From: a virus
Lineage: Duplodnaviria; Caudoviricetes
Virus record (IMG/VR): IMGVR_UViG_3300025909_000005
Length of the DNA stretch: 64,000 nucleotides
Strand: one strand, 5' to 3'
Shown here: one piece after another, positions 18,705 through 25,418 of the stretch
Position numbering within the stretch: position 1 is the first letter of the stretch
Layout of the letters: every line of letters begins with the position of its first letter
Position numbers and translations under genes: made by a program
Notes under the pieces: generated by a model
What the model saw: only the letters and a program-made list of their open reading frames with translations
The model's database searches: none
What the model was told of the DNA's origin: nothing

Positions 18705-18776
18705 ATCTCGGCCGTGGGCAGCGGACGAACGTCTCCAAAACGTTTAGGCAGAGTTCGACTCTCTGACGGGATGCCA
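18705..18776 (+). tRNA. tRNA-Trp(CCA), second copy with atypical D arm
   Basis: AACGT-CTCCAAA-ACGTT, canonical T arm, GCCA. Confidence 0.7.
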
Positions 18777-18783
18777 AACAAAA

Positions 18784-18859
18784 CCCCTCCAAGCTAATCT
18801 AGTGAAAGCGCCGGTCTGAAAATCCGGAGAGCCAGGAGCGTAACCTGGGGTGGGGACCA
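18784..18859 (+). tRNA. tRNA-Phe(GAA), atypical T-loop AGCGTAA
   Basis: Loop CTGAAAA, ACCA. Confidence 0.8.
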
Positions 18860-18860
18860 T

Positions 18861-18936
18861 GGAGTAGTAACATAGCGGCTAATGTACCTCACTGTCTATG
18901 AGGCTATCGCGGGTTCGAGTCCCGTCTACTCCGCCA
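18861..18936 (+). tRNA. tRNA-Asp(GTC)
   Basis: Loop CTGTCTA, GCCA. Confidence 0.9.
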
Positions 18937-18943
18937 AAATTCT

Positions 18944-19017
18944 GGGTCGTTAATTCAATGGTAGAATCCCGTCTTGATAAGGCGGCGACGAAGGTTCGAT
19001 TCCTTCACGACCTACCA
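18944..19017 (+). tRNA. tRNA-Ile(GAT)
   Basis: Loop TTGATAA, ACCA. Confidence 0.9.
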
Positions 19018-19024
19018 CGTTTCT

Positions 19025-19099
19025 GGGACTGTAATTCAAGTGGTAGAAACCATCCTCTTAAGATGGCATGTGCGATTTCGAGTATCGCCGGTCCCACCA
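19025..19099 (+). tRNA. tRNA-Lys(CTT)
   Basis: Loop CTCTTAA, ACCA. Confidence 0.85.
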
Positions 19100-19106
19100 C
19101 AAATCT

Positions 19107-19182
19107 GGGTTAGTAGCTCAATTGGCAGAGCACTCGACTCTTAATCGATAGGTTGTGGGTTCAAGTCCCACCTGGCCCACCA
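19107..19182 (+). tRNA. tRNA-Lys(CTT)
   Basis: Loop CTCTTAA, ACCA. Confidence 0.9.
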
Positions 19183-19188
19183 GATTTC

Positions 19189-19262
19189 GCTCTTGTAGTA
19201 CAATGGTAGTACGCATCTTTGGTAAGGATGAGAACAGAGTTCAATTCTCTGCTTGAGCACCA
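19189..19262 (+). tRNA. tRNA-Thr(GGT)
   Basis: Loop TTGGTAA, ACCA. Confidence 0.9.
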
Positions 19263-19269
19263 GTTTTAT

Positions 19270-19347
19270 GTCTCCTTAGCTCAGATGGATTAGAGCGTCG
19301 CGCTACGAACGCGAAGGCCGGGGGTTCAAGTCCCTCAGGAGGCACCA
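19270..19347 (+). tRNA. tRNA-Arg(ACG)
   Basis: Loop CTACGAA, ACCA. Confidence 0.95.
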
Positions 19348-19353
19348 GTATCT

Positions 19354-19430
19354 TGGGCAGTAGCTCAGATTGGTAGAGCGTCTCACTGTTAATGAGAAGC
19401 GCGCGGGTTCGAGGCCTGCCTGTCCAGCCA
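19354..19430 (+). tRNA. tRNA-Asn(GTT)
   Basis: Loop CTGTTAA, GCCA. Confidence 0.9.
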
Positions 19431-19437
19431 AGACAAT

Positions 19438-19514
19438 TGGGGTGTAGCTTAATAGGAAGAGTAGCGTGGCTCTGAACCACGAACGCGTCAGTTCGAGTCT
19501 GACCACCCTTGCCA
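19438..19514 (+). tRNA. tRNA-Gln(CTG)
   Basis: Loop CTCTGAA, GCCA. Confidence 0.85.
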
Positions 19515-19519
19515 AATAT

Positions 19520-19588
19520 GGGGCACCATTCGGTTGCTCGATCTTTCGTTCCCTATGGAACCGCCGATTGATCGTTATCCGCCCCACC
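19520..19588 (+). ncRNA. Y-like structured RNA candidate
   Basis: GGGGC/GCCCC closure; TCGATC/GATTGA helix; GTTCCCT..GGAACCGC and GTTATC shared with the 24490 insert. Confidence 0.6.
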
Positions 19589-19595
19589 TTTCAAT

Positions 19596-19670
19596 TCCCT
19601 TGTAGCTCAGCGGTAGAGCAGTGCACTGTTAATGCACCTGTCGTTGGTTCGATCCCAGCCTGGGGAGCCA
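19596..19670 (+). tRNA. tRNA-Asn(GTT)
   Basis: Loop CTGTTAA, GCCA. Confidence 0.9.
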
Positions 19671-19677
19671 CATTCAT

Positions 19678-19755
19678 GCGGATGTCGTCTAAAGGACTTA
19701 GGACCCTAGACTTTCAATCTAGTCAATGCGGGTTCGAGTCCCGTCATCCGCTCCA
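19678..19755 (+). tRNA. tRNA-Glu(TTC)
   Basis: Loop CTTTCAA, TCCA. Confidence 0.95.
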
Positions 19756-19760
19756 AAACA

Positions 19761-19850
19761 TGCAACCGCTAGGACGTCGGTTATCGGTTAACTTTGGTTC
19801 GAATCCAAACTTCGCGCAAGCGTTGTATCCCGACCCCGCTTTTTGTTGCA
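19761..19850 (+). ncRNA. Y-like RNA with tRNA T-arm
   Basis: TGCAAC/GTTGCA and GTCGG/CCGAC stems; GGTTATC; TTTGG-TTCGAAT-CCAAA T-arm; GCAA tetraloop. Confidence 0.6.
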
Positions 19851-19859
19851 CTCATTCTT

Positions 19860-19933
19860 GGTAGTGAAGCTGAATGGTTAAGCAGGAGTCTCATAAGCTC
19901 TGTGTCGTGGGTTCGATTCCCACCATTACCACC
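19860..19933 (+). tRNA. tRNA-Met or Ile2 (CAT)
   Basis: Loop CTCATAA, ACCA. Confidence 0.85.
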
Positions 19934-19939
19934 AAATAT

Positions 19940-20034
19940 TCCGCGGTACTCTAACTGGTAAGAGACCTCACTGTTAATGAGACGTAAAGGCCTTCGGGCG
20001 TAATATGGAGGTTCGAAGCCTCTCTGCGGAGCCA
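19940..20034 (+). tRNA. tRNA-Asn(GTT) with long variable arm
   Basis: Loop CTGTTAA; ~24-nt variable region containing a TTCG hairpin; GCCA. Confidence 0.8.
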
Positions 20035-20043
20035 ATTTCAAAT

Positions 20044-20120
20044 GCCGTCATCGTCTAACAGGACTAGGACGTTACCCTCTCAAGGTGAAGATGCGGGTTC
20101 AAGCCCCGCTGACGGTGCCA
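20044..20120 (+). tRNA. tRNA-Glu(CTC)
   Basis: Loop CTCTCAA, GCCA. Confidence 0.9.
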
Positions 20121-20126
20121 GATTAT

Positions 20127-20203
20127 GTTGTACGTAGCTCAATTGGTAGAGCCCAAGGTTGTGAGCCTTGTCGTTGCGAGTTCGAGTCTCGTCGTACACC
20201 CCA
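20127..20203 (+). tRNA. tRNA-His(GTG)
   Basis: Loop TTGTGAG, G-1, CCCA. Confidence 0.85.
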
Positions 20204-20208
20204 AAAAT

Positions 20209-20283
20209 GCCTCGTTGGTTCAGTGGTAGAATGCCTCCGTGACATGGAGGAGGTCGTTGGTTCGATTCCAACACGAGGTACCA
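20209..20283 (+). tRNA. tRNA-Val(GAC)
   Basis: Loop GTGACAT, ACCA. Confidence 0.9.
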
Positions 20284-20286
20284 AAT

Positions 20287-20362
20287 TCCGAGATAGCTCA
20301 GTTAGCAGAGCGAGCCCCGTTTAGGGGACGGTACGGTGGTGCAATTCCATCTCTTGGAGCCA
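20287..20362 (+). tRNA. Atypical or pseudo tRNA (Lys TTT or Asn GTT reading ambiguous)
   Basis: Good acceptor and D arm, GCCA; irregular anticodon arm CCCCGTTTAGGGG. Confidence 0.5.
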
Positions 20363-20366
20363 GAAA

Positions 20367-20430
20367 TCCCGCACAAAGCGTTTCTGAACTTTGCTTTCAC
20401 GAGCCGAATGCAACGATTATCGCGGGGCCA
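20367..20430 (+). ncRNA. Y-like RNA candidate ending in CCA
   Basis: TCCCGC/GCGGGG closure; GCCGAATG and GATTATC motifs. Confidence 0.55.
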
Positions 20431-20436
20431 AACAAT

Positions 20437-20511
20437 GCCGTCGTAGCTCTCAGGGAGGGCCACCGCCTGTCTAGCGGATGTAGGTGGGTTCGAGTCCCAT
20501 CGGCGGCGCCA
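20437..20511 (+). tRNA. tRNA-Asp(GTC)
   Basis: Loop CTGTCTA, GCCA. Confidence 0.85.
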
Positions 20512-20513
20512 AA

Positions 20514-20627
20514 TTTGATGATTGGTGTAGGATGTCAGGGTTCGATTCCTTGAAGCGATTGTATGATCGTTGCTGGCGCTCCACCCAGTGTGGTGGTTCC
20601 GATGGGTTCAATTCCCATGTCATCGAA
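20514..20627 (+). ncRNA. tRNA-derived RNA with two T-arms
   Basis: TTTGATGA/TCATCGAA closure; T-loops TTCGATT and TTCAATT; two further hairpins. Confidence 0.55.
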
Positions 20628-20634
20628 CAGTTAT

Positions 20635-20712
20635 TGGGGGAAAGTTGAAGTGGTCGAGACACCTGGCTTTGAACCAGGTCATTAGTGGGTTCGAGTCCCA
20701 CTCCCCTTACCA
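20635..20712 (+). tRNA. tRNA-Gln(TTG)
   Basis: Loop CTTTGAA, ACCA. Confidence 0.85.
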
Positions 20713-20722
20713 CCATTGAAAT

Positions 20723-20847
20723 GCGGACGTAGTGTAGTGGACAGCACAGAACGTCGAAAGCAAGTTTTTGTCGCGTAAGTGACCGGACGCAATCGGTTAT
20801 CTTCTACGAAAAGACTAGGGTTGGTTCGAATCCAACCGTCCGCACCA
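20723..20847 (+). tRNA. tRNA-Arg(ACG) with 50-nt insertion at position 27/28
   Basis: Perfect acceptor, D and T arms; removing 20750-20799 gives GTCTT-CTACGAA-AAGAC and a 75-nt tRNA. Confidence 0.7.
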
Positions 20848-20871
20848 TTCATCTTTGTGTTACAATGTTCC

Positions 20872-21153
20872 ATGAAACATTCAGCACTCGAAGAAAAGCT
20901 CAGGGCCCAAGGCATCAATATCCTTCCGAGAATGAAGGGTCCTGTTGATGCAATTGAGGACGGTGAGCTAGGAATTCGGTATATCATGATCGCGCGAACT
21001 GTCAAGTTGACCTCGATCGATGATCTAATCAAGCTTCTGCCTGCTGAGGGCTTCTCCCTCTACAAGGTATTCAACACCATTGTTCGCTTTGGTGTTCCAG
21101 AAATCTGCTACATTGAAAGGACGCGCGATGCGCAGCACAGCTCCGACGCCTAG
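20872..21153 (+). CDS. Hypothetical protein within tRNA array
   Basis: 93-aa ORF after a TACAAT element. Confidence 0.5.
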   Translation: MKHSALEEKLRAQGINILPRMKGPVDAIEDGELGIRYIMIARTVKLTSIDDLIKLLPAEGFSLYKVFNTIVRFGVPEICYIERTRDAQHSSDA

Positions 21154-21181
21154 CGCGTCACGAAAACGTACCACAATCCAT

Positions 21182-21259
21182 GGGGTTGTGGTGTTCAACG
21201 GTTAGCACACTGGACTTTTAATCCTGCAGGATCCGGTTCGAATCCGGACGGCCCTACCA
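21182..21259 (+). tRNA. tRNA-Lys(TTT)
   Basis: Loop CTTTTAA, ACCA. Confidence 0.9.
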
Positions 21260-21260
21260 A

Positions 21261-21635
21261 ATGACAAAACCATTTCACGAACTGACAGAGCGACTTCGTC
21301 GCGAACAGATCCTGATGGAACAAGATCATTGCTGCGCTCGATGTGGTCTTGATAAATGGCTGGAGAATTTGATTCCACTTGAGTTGGAACACAAAGACGG
21401 CAACAACAAGAATAATGAGCGCTCCAATCTAGAATTTCTCTGCCCAAACTGTCATGCGTTGACAGACACGTGGCGTGGAAGAAACAAGAATGGGTCCAAG
21501 AACATAAGTGATGAAGAGCTGCTAGCAGCTCTTAAGTCCTCACCAAGCATTCGACAAGGTCTACTGAAGTTGGGCCTGTCAGGCAAGGGCAACAATTACA
21601 GTCGAGCAAACCGGCTGTTATCCCTCAACCCATAA
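21261..21635 (+). CDS. HNH (homing-type) endonuclease
   Basis: CARCG..LELEHKDGNNKNNERSNLEFLCPNCH; AT-richer than flanks. Confidence 0.9.
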   Translation: MTKPFHELTERLRREQILMEQDHCCARCGLDKWLENLIPLELEHKDGNNKNNERSNLEFLCPNCHALTDTWRGRNKNGSKNISDEELLAALKSSPSIRQGLLKLGLSGKGNNYSRANRLLSLNP

Positions 21636-21650
21636 CCCAGGAGATACAAG

Positions 21651-21977
21651 ATGGATGCAACCTTCCGCAGCAAGTTCCTCACGAACACTGACGAAACCGG
21701 CCGCTTCATCGTATATTCTCCTCGCACCGGCCGGACGTACTACGTTGAGCCGATCGAAACGGAACACACACCTGAATGGGGCTCGATTGACCCGGCGACG
21801 GGCAACCTGATGCACAAGAAGGGTGACGGCAAGTACCGTGGTGGCATCTCTCCGAAGGAGAGCATGATCACGAAGGAAGCTGGCTTCACCAAGATTCACG
21901 AGCTCGAACGTGGTACGTCACCGCACAATGCGATCGACGTTATCGACGCTCAGTACCCAGACAAGGTGGAAGCATGA
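21651..21977 (+). CDS. Hypothetical protein
   Basis: GGAG SD, phage-like codon bias. Confidence 0.7.
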   Translation: MDATFRSKFLTNTDETGRFIVYSPRTGRTYYVEPIETEHTPEWGSIDPATGNLMHKKGDGKYRGGISPKESMITKEAGFTKIHELERGTSPHNAIDVIDAQYPDKVEA

Positions 21978-22141
21978 GCAAGATTGAAAAGCAGCGTGCC
22001 AAGCTGCAAGAGCGGATCGCGGAACTGGAGACCGAGCTTCGGCTTGCTCTTCAGAAGAAGTCGTCCAGCGCAACTGAGATCGACGTGCCTGGAAAGACGC
22101 GTCGGTTGCAGGAGCTGCGTGCTCAGCTGGCAGCTCTCTAA
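21974..22141 (+). CDS. Small coiled-coil protein (55 aa, absent from ORF track)
   Basis: ATGA overlap; MSKIEKQRAKLQERIAELE. Confidence 0.55.
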   Translation: MSKIEKQRAKLQERIAELETELRLALQKKSSSATEIDVPGKTRRLQELRAQLAAL

Positions 22142-22142
22142 T

Positions 22143-22215
22143 ACCACGGTCAGTGGATCAGACACTGCGGTTGCGAGCCGTGGATGTGAAGGTTCGATTC
22201 CTTCTCGTGGTACCA
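22143..22215 (+). tRNA. tRNA-Arg(GCG), compact D region
   Basis: Loop TTGCGAG, canonical T arm, ACCA. Confidence 0.65.
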
Positions 22216-22220
22216 AATTC

Positions 22221-22296
22221 GCGTCTGTAGCTCAGTGGACAGAGTAGCGCCCTCCGAAGGCGTTGGCCGGTGGTTCGACTCCACTCAGACGCACCA
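22221..22296 (+). tRNA. tRNA-Arg(CCG)
   Basis: Loop CTCCGAA, ACCA. Confidence 0.95.
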
Positions 22297-22305
22297 AGTT
22301 TTAGT

Positions 22306-22382
22306 GGTGGCTATAGCTCAGTTGGTAGAGTCCGTGATTGTGATTCACGTGGTCGTCGGTTCAAGCCCGACTAGTCACCCCA
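22306..22382 (+). tRNA. tRNA-His(GTG)
   Basis: Loop TTGTGAT, G-1, CCCA. Confidence 0.95.
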
Positions 22383-22384
22383 TT

Positions 22385-22459
22385 GCTCTCTAAACATTGC
22401 CGGTGATGCCCTGTCTTGTAAGCAGGTTTAAGACAGTTCGAATCTGTCAGAGAGCTCCA
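22385..22459 (+). tRNA. tRNA-Thr(TGT)
   Basis: Loop CTTGTAA, TCCA. Confidence 0.85.
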
Positions 22460-22468
22460 AACATTCAT

Positions 22469-22543
22469 GCCCTTGACGTATTATTGGTGGTACAACGGTT
22501 TCGTAATCCGTGGGAGTCAGTTCGATTCTGACCTTGGGCACCA
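22469..22543 (+). tRNA. tRNA-Thr(CGT)
   Basis: Loop TTCGTAA, ACCA. Confidence 0.85.
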
Positions 22544-22547
22544 ATCT

Positions 22548-22636
22548 AGGTACCTAGCTCAAAGGGTCGTGCACGACCCGGCCAGAGCGCCGTGTGATCA
22601 GCGGAGGTTGTGGTTGAACCCCACAGGTGCCTGCCA
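22548..22636 (+). tRNA. Atypical tRNA with hairpin inserted in D-loop (anticodon possibly GAT)
   Basis: AGGTACC/GGTGCCT-GCCA; GCTC/GAGC D stem enclosing GGGTCGT/ACGACCC. Confidence 0.55.
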
Positions 22637-22671
22637 GTTTACATTCGATGCTACATGGAGTACAATGCACT

Positions 22672-22899
22672 ATGAGCATCGAAATCATCCGCGCTACCAT
22701 CAGCACCGACTGCGAGAGAGAAAAGCTGGAGACCATCGCGGTTCTCCCCATTTCCCTCCGCGCCGAAGTCGAACAGGCCGTTGCCTCGCGCAACATCCAG
22801 GCCCTCCTCGACAAGTCAACCTTCCGTTACTACACGAACATGTCGGCCATCGCGCTGATCATGAATGGTGACGACCTCAAGGAGTTCATGCGTGTCTGA
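22672..22899 (+). CDS. Hypothetical protein
   Basis: After TACAAT promoter. Confidence 0.6.
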   Translation: MSIEIIRATISTDCEREKLETIAVLPISLRAEVEQAVASRNIQALLDKSTFRYYTNMSAIALIMNGDDLKEFMRV

Positions 22900-23245
22900 A
22901 TACCGTGACATGTTCGGTCGCGAGATCAAGGTCGGCGACTACGTGGTCTATGCCGCAGTGGACGGCCGTTCAGCTGTTCAACGCGTCGGACGCGTGACGA
23001 AGCTTTCGACTGGCTCGGGCTCCTGGCGGGGTGAGAGCATCCCGAAGATCGTCTGCGAGACGTGGAACTACCACCAAGCTGTTCGCAGCGACTGGGACCG
23101 TGAAACGCGCGAGTACACCCACGTGCCGTTCGGCCAGTCAGGCAAGCAGTCAAAGCAGGTCTCGCTCGGGTTCCTCGAGCGGCTGGTCATCGTTCCTGCT
23201 GAACACGTTCACCCGAAGATCATCGAGGACCTAAACCAGCCTTAA
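22892..23245 (+). CDS. Hypothetical protein (SH3/KOW-like start)
   Basis: DMFGREIKVGDYVVYA pattern. Confidence 0.65.
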   Translation: MSEYRDMFGREIKVGDYVVYAAVDGRSAVQRVGRVTKLSTGSGSWRGESIPKIVCETWNYHQAVRSDWDRETREYTHVPFGQSGKQSKQVSLGFLERLVIVPAEHVHPKIIEDLNQP

Positions 23246-23267
23246 ATAGAAGGTCAAGGAGACCTCT

Positions 23268-23555
23268 ATGAAAACTGTTTACTGGGTGGTCATCATCGCC
23301 TGCCTCATGATTGCCGAGGGTTTTGTGGTGCGAGCGCACTATCTTAAAGCCGCGGCGCCCATGGATGCGTCTTCACAGGCTGTTTCTGATTCAGAGGCAG
23401 CTGCTCAGGCTGCTGCAAAAGCCGCAGTCTCGGCCCGAAAGGCCGCCGACTCAACTAAAAGCACTGCCAATTCCGCCGAGGGTTCAGCACAAGATGCTGC
23501 AAACTCGGCAAGGGACTCGCAACTTTCTGCGAATCCTAAACCCCTCAAGAAATAA
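23268..23555 (+). CDS. Ala/Ser-rich membrane-anchored protein
   Basis: Late promoter, N-terminal TM. Confidence 0.65.
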   Translation: MKTVYWVVIIACLMIAEGFVVRAHYLKAAAPMDASSQAVSDSEAAAQAAAKAAVSARKAADSTKSTANSAEGSAQDAANSARDSQLSANPKPLKK

Positions 23556-23623
23556 CGGAGACTTTTCACCCATGACTGCCATGTACCACTCCATCACCTC
23601 GAAGTGCAACTACATGGGAATCT

Positions 23624-24223
23624 ATGGAACAGTATCCGAGCATCGCAGGGAGCGCCAAGGCGCCGCTCAATAAACCCTGCATCGCGTTCTACAAGTACGA
23701 CGGCTCTAACCTCCGCTGGGAGTGGACGCCTAAGAACGGCTGGCACAAGTTTGGTACGCGTCGACACCTGTTCGACCACACCGACCTTCAGTTCGCTCAG
23801 GCAATTCCTCTCTTCATGAACGGACTCGGTGACGAGATCGTCTATCGAACAAAGCAGCTTGTCCGCAACCCACAGCGGATTACGGCGTTCACCGAGTTCT
23901 TCGGCCCGAACAGCTTTGCTGGCTCTCACGTCGAGTCAGACCCGAAGGAGCTTCGCCTCTTCGACGTCTACCTCTTCCAAAAGGGGCTGCTGCCAGCAAA
24001 GGACTTCGTGAAACTCTACGGAGACATGAAGGAAGCTGCGGAGATTGTGTATGAAGGTCCACTGAACAAGCAGTTCGTGATGGACGTTCAGAAGGGGAAG
24101 TACCCGGTGTTCGAAGGCGTCATTGCCAAGGGACACGAATTCATGGTCAAGATCAAGACAGATGAGTACTTCCTGAAGCTTCGCCACCACTTTCCACAAC
24201 GTTGGGAGGAGTACGGAGAATGA
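23624..24223 (+). CDS. ATP-dependent ligase adenylation domain (Rnl2-like RNA ligase)
   Basis: KYDGSN, TEFFG, LFDV, EGVIAK, VKIK motifs. Confidence 0.8.
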   Translation: MEQYPSIAGSAKAPLNKPCIAFYKYDGSNLRWEWTPKNGWHKFGTRRHLFDHTDLQFAQAIPLFMNGLGDEIVYRTKQLVRNPQRITAFTEFFGPNSFAGSHVESDPKELRLFDVYLFQKGLLPAKDFVKLYGDMKEAAEIVYEGPLNKQFVMDVQKGKYPVFEGVIAKGHEFMVKIKTDEYFLKLRHHFPQRWEEYGE

Positions 24224-24477
24224 AGACGAATCATCGACGCAAGAACCGCGGTCTCAAGATTCCACCAGGAGTCTGGTACACGGGCAAGGATGAAGATGGC
24301 AGGCCGAAGTACGGCATGCTGACGTCCATGGCTCTGATGAGAGGCGGCTGTAGCCCGAGCTTCTCTGGCCGGGATGGTGCGCGGCGAGCAATCGCAGGAA
24401 AGAAAAAGAAGGATCATCGATCAGCACGCCACCGTGCTGACGACGCGGTCCGCCAGGAAATTATCTCCCTGGAGTAA
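24220..24477 (+). CDS. Basic hypothetical protein
   Basis: ATGA overlap. Confidence 0.55.
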   Translation: MKTNHRRKNRGLKIPPGVWYTGKDEDGRPKYGMLTSMALMRGGCSPSFSGRDGARRAIAGKKKKDHRSARHRADDAVRQEIISLE

Positions 24478-24489
24478 TTTGAAATAAAT

Positions 24490-24620
24490 GGTGATGTAGT
24501 GTAAGGGTTAGCACGGTAACAACATCGATCTACGCCTTTTGTTCCCTCGGGAACCGCTTGTTGATTGGTTATCCACTCATAAAGGGCAAGAACTGGTTCG
24601 AGTCCAGTCATTCACCTCCA
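24490..24620 (+). tRNA. tRNA-Met-like (CAT) with 55-nt insertion at position 27/28
   Basis: D and T arms intact; removing 24517-24571 gives GTCCA-CTCATAA-AGGGC and a 76-nt tRNA; TCCA end. Confidence 0.65.
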
Positions 24621-24684
24621 ATCCCGGGCCTAGTCAAGAAATTGGCTGGGCCCGTTTTGCAACCGCCCCAGATAGGAGCACATC

Positions 24685-24903
24685 ATGTCCAAGACCATCA
24701 AGGACCACGTCCAAGGCTACTCCAAGTTCCAGTTCTACCGCAAGGGTGAGCTGCACTACCGCACGGTCGACACGAAGTTCGACTTCGTCGTTCCACTCGA
24801 GGACTGCGGTGATGGCACGTTCCTGGACGAAGACAAGTCGATGTTCATGATGCGCTACATTCGCAAGCAGATGGAAGCCAATGCGGAGGGTCAGGCTGCG
24901 TAA
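24685..24903 (+). CDS. Conserved phage hypothetical protein
   Basis: GGAG SD; FQFYRKGELHY..FVVPLEDCGDGTF. Confidence 0.7.
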   Translation: MSKTIKDHVQGYSKFQFYRKGELHYRTVDTKFDFVVPLEDCGDGTFLDEDKSMFMMRYIRKQMEANAEGQAA

Positions 24904-24911
24904 ATAGTGGC

Positions 24912-25418
24912 ATGACCCAGCCAGCAGATGACATCACCGCGAAGAACGTTCGTACGGCCATTGAGCTTGATCACAAGCATGATCAAGACATCTCAAAGCT
25001 CGAACACATTGCCATCAAGGTCAATAACTTCGCGGGCTCCGTTGCCTTCATCATCTGGCACTTTCTGATCTTCGGTACGTGGATGGCATACAACTACTTC
25101 GCGCACAAGCACGCGTTTGATCCGTATCCATTCACGTTCCTGACGATGACGGTGTCGCTTGAGTCGATCTTCCTGTCGGCTCTCCTGCTCATTGCACAGA
25201 ACCGAATCTCAAACGCGCAGGATCAGAGATACAAGCTGGACCTGCAGATCAACCTGCTGGCAGAGCAGGAGAACACCCTCATGATGCGAGTCATCGACCG
25301 AATGGCCAAGAAGATGGGTGTCGATGCGTCTGAGCTGCAGGACTACCTCGACGACACCAAACCTGACAAGGTGGCTGAGGTCATCGAACAAGTAGAGAAA
25401 GAAGCGGAAGAACCATGA
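24912..25418 (+). CDS. DUF1003 membrane protein
   Basis: FDPYPFTFLTMTVSLESIFLSALLLIAQNR signature. Confidence 0.9.
   Translation: MTQPADDITAKNVRTAIELDHKHDQDISKLEHIAIKVNNFAGSVAFIIWHFLIFGTWMAYNYFAHKHAFDPYPFTFLTMTVSLESIFLSALLLIAQNRISNAQDQRYKLDLQINLLAEQENTLMMRVIDRMAKKMGVDASELQDYLDDTKPDKVAEVIEQVEKEAEEP

Noticed and set aside
18534-20630. Theta/HDV-like or hammerhead ribozymes in tRNA spacers
   Set aside because: Spacer RNAs do not start at tRNA 3' ends with an HDV nested pseudoknot, and no CUGANGA/GAAA core was found; the tRNAs already encode CCA.
20750-24571. Group I/II introns as the explanation for the tRNA inserts
   Set aside because: At 50-55 nt they are far too short, lack catalytic core motifs and are not in the anticodon loop.
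24567-24577. DnaA box (TTATCCAC) / origin
   Set aside because: A single imperfect match inside a tRNA-like element; better explained by the GGTTATC RNA motif.
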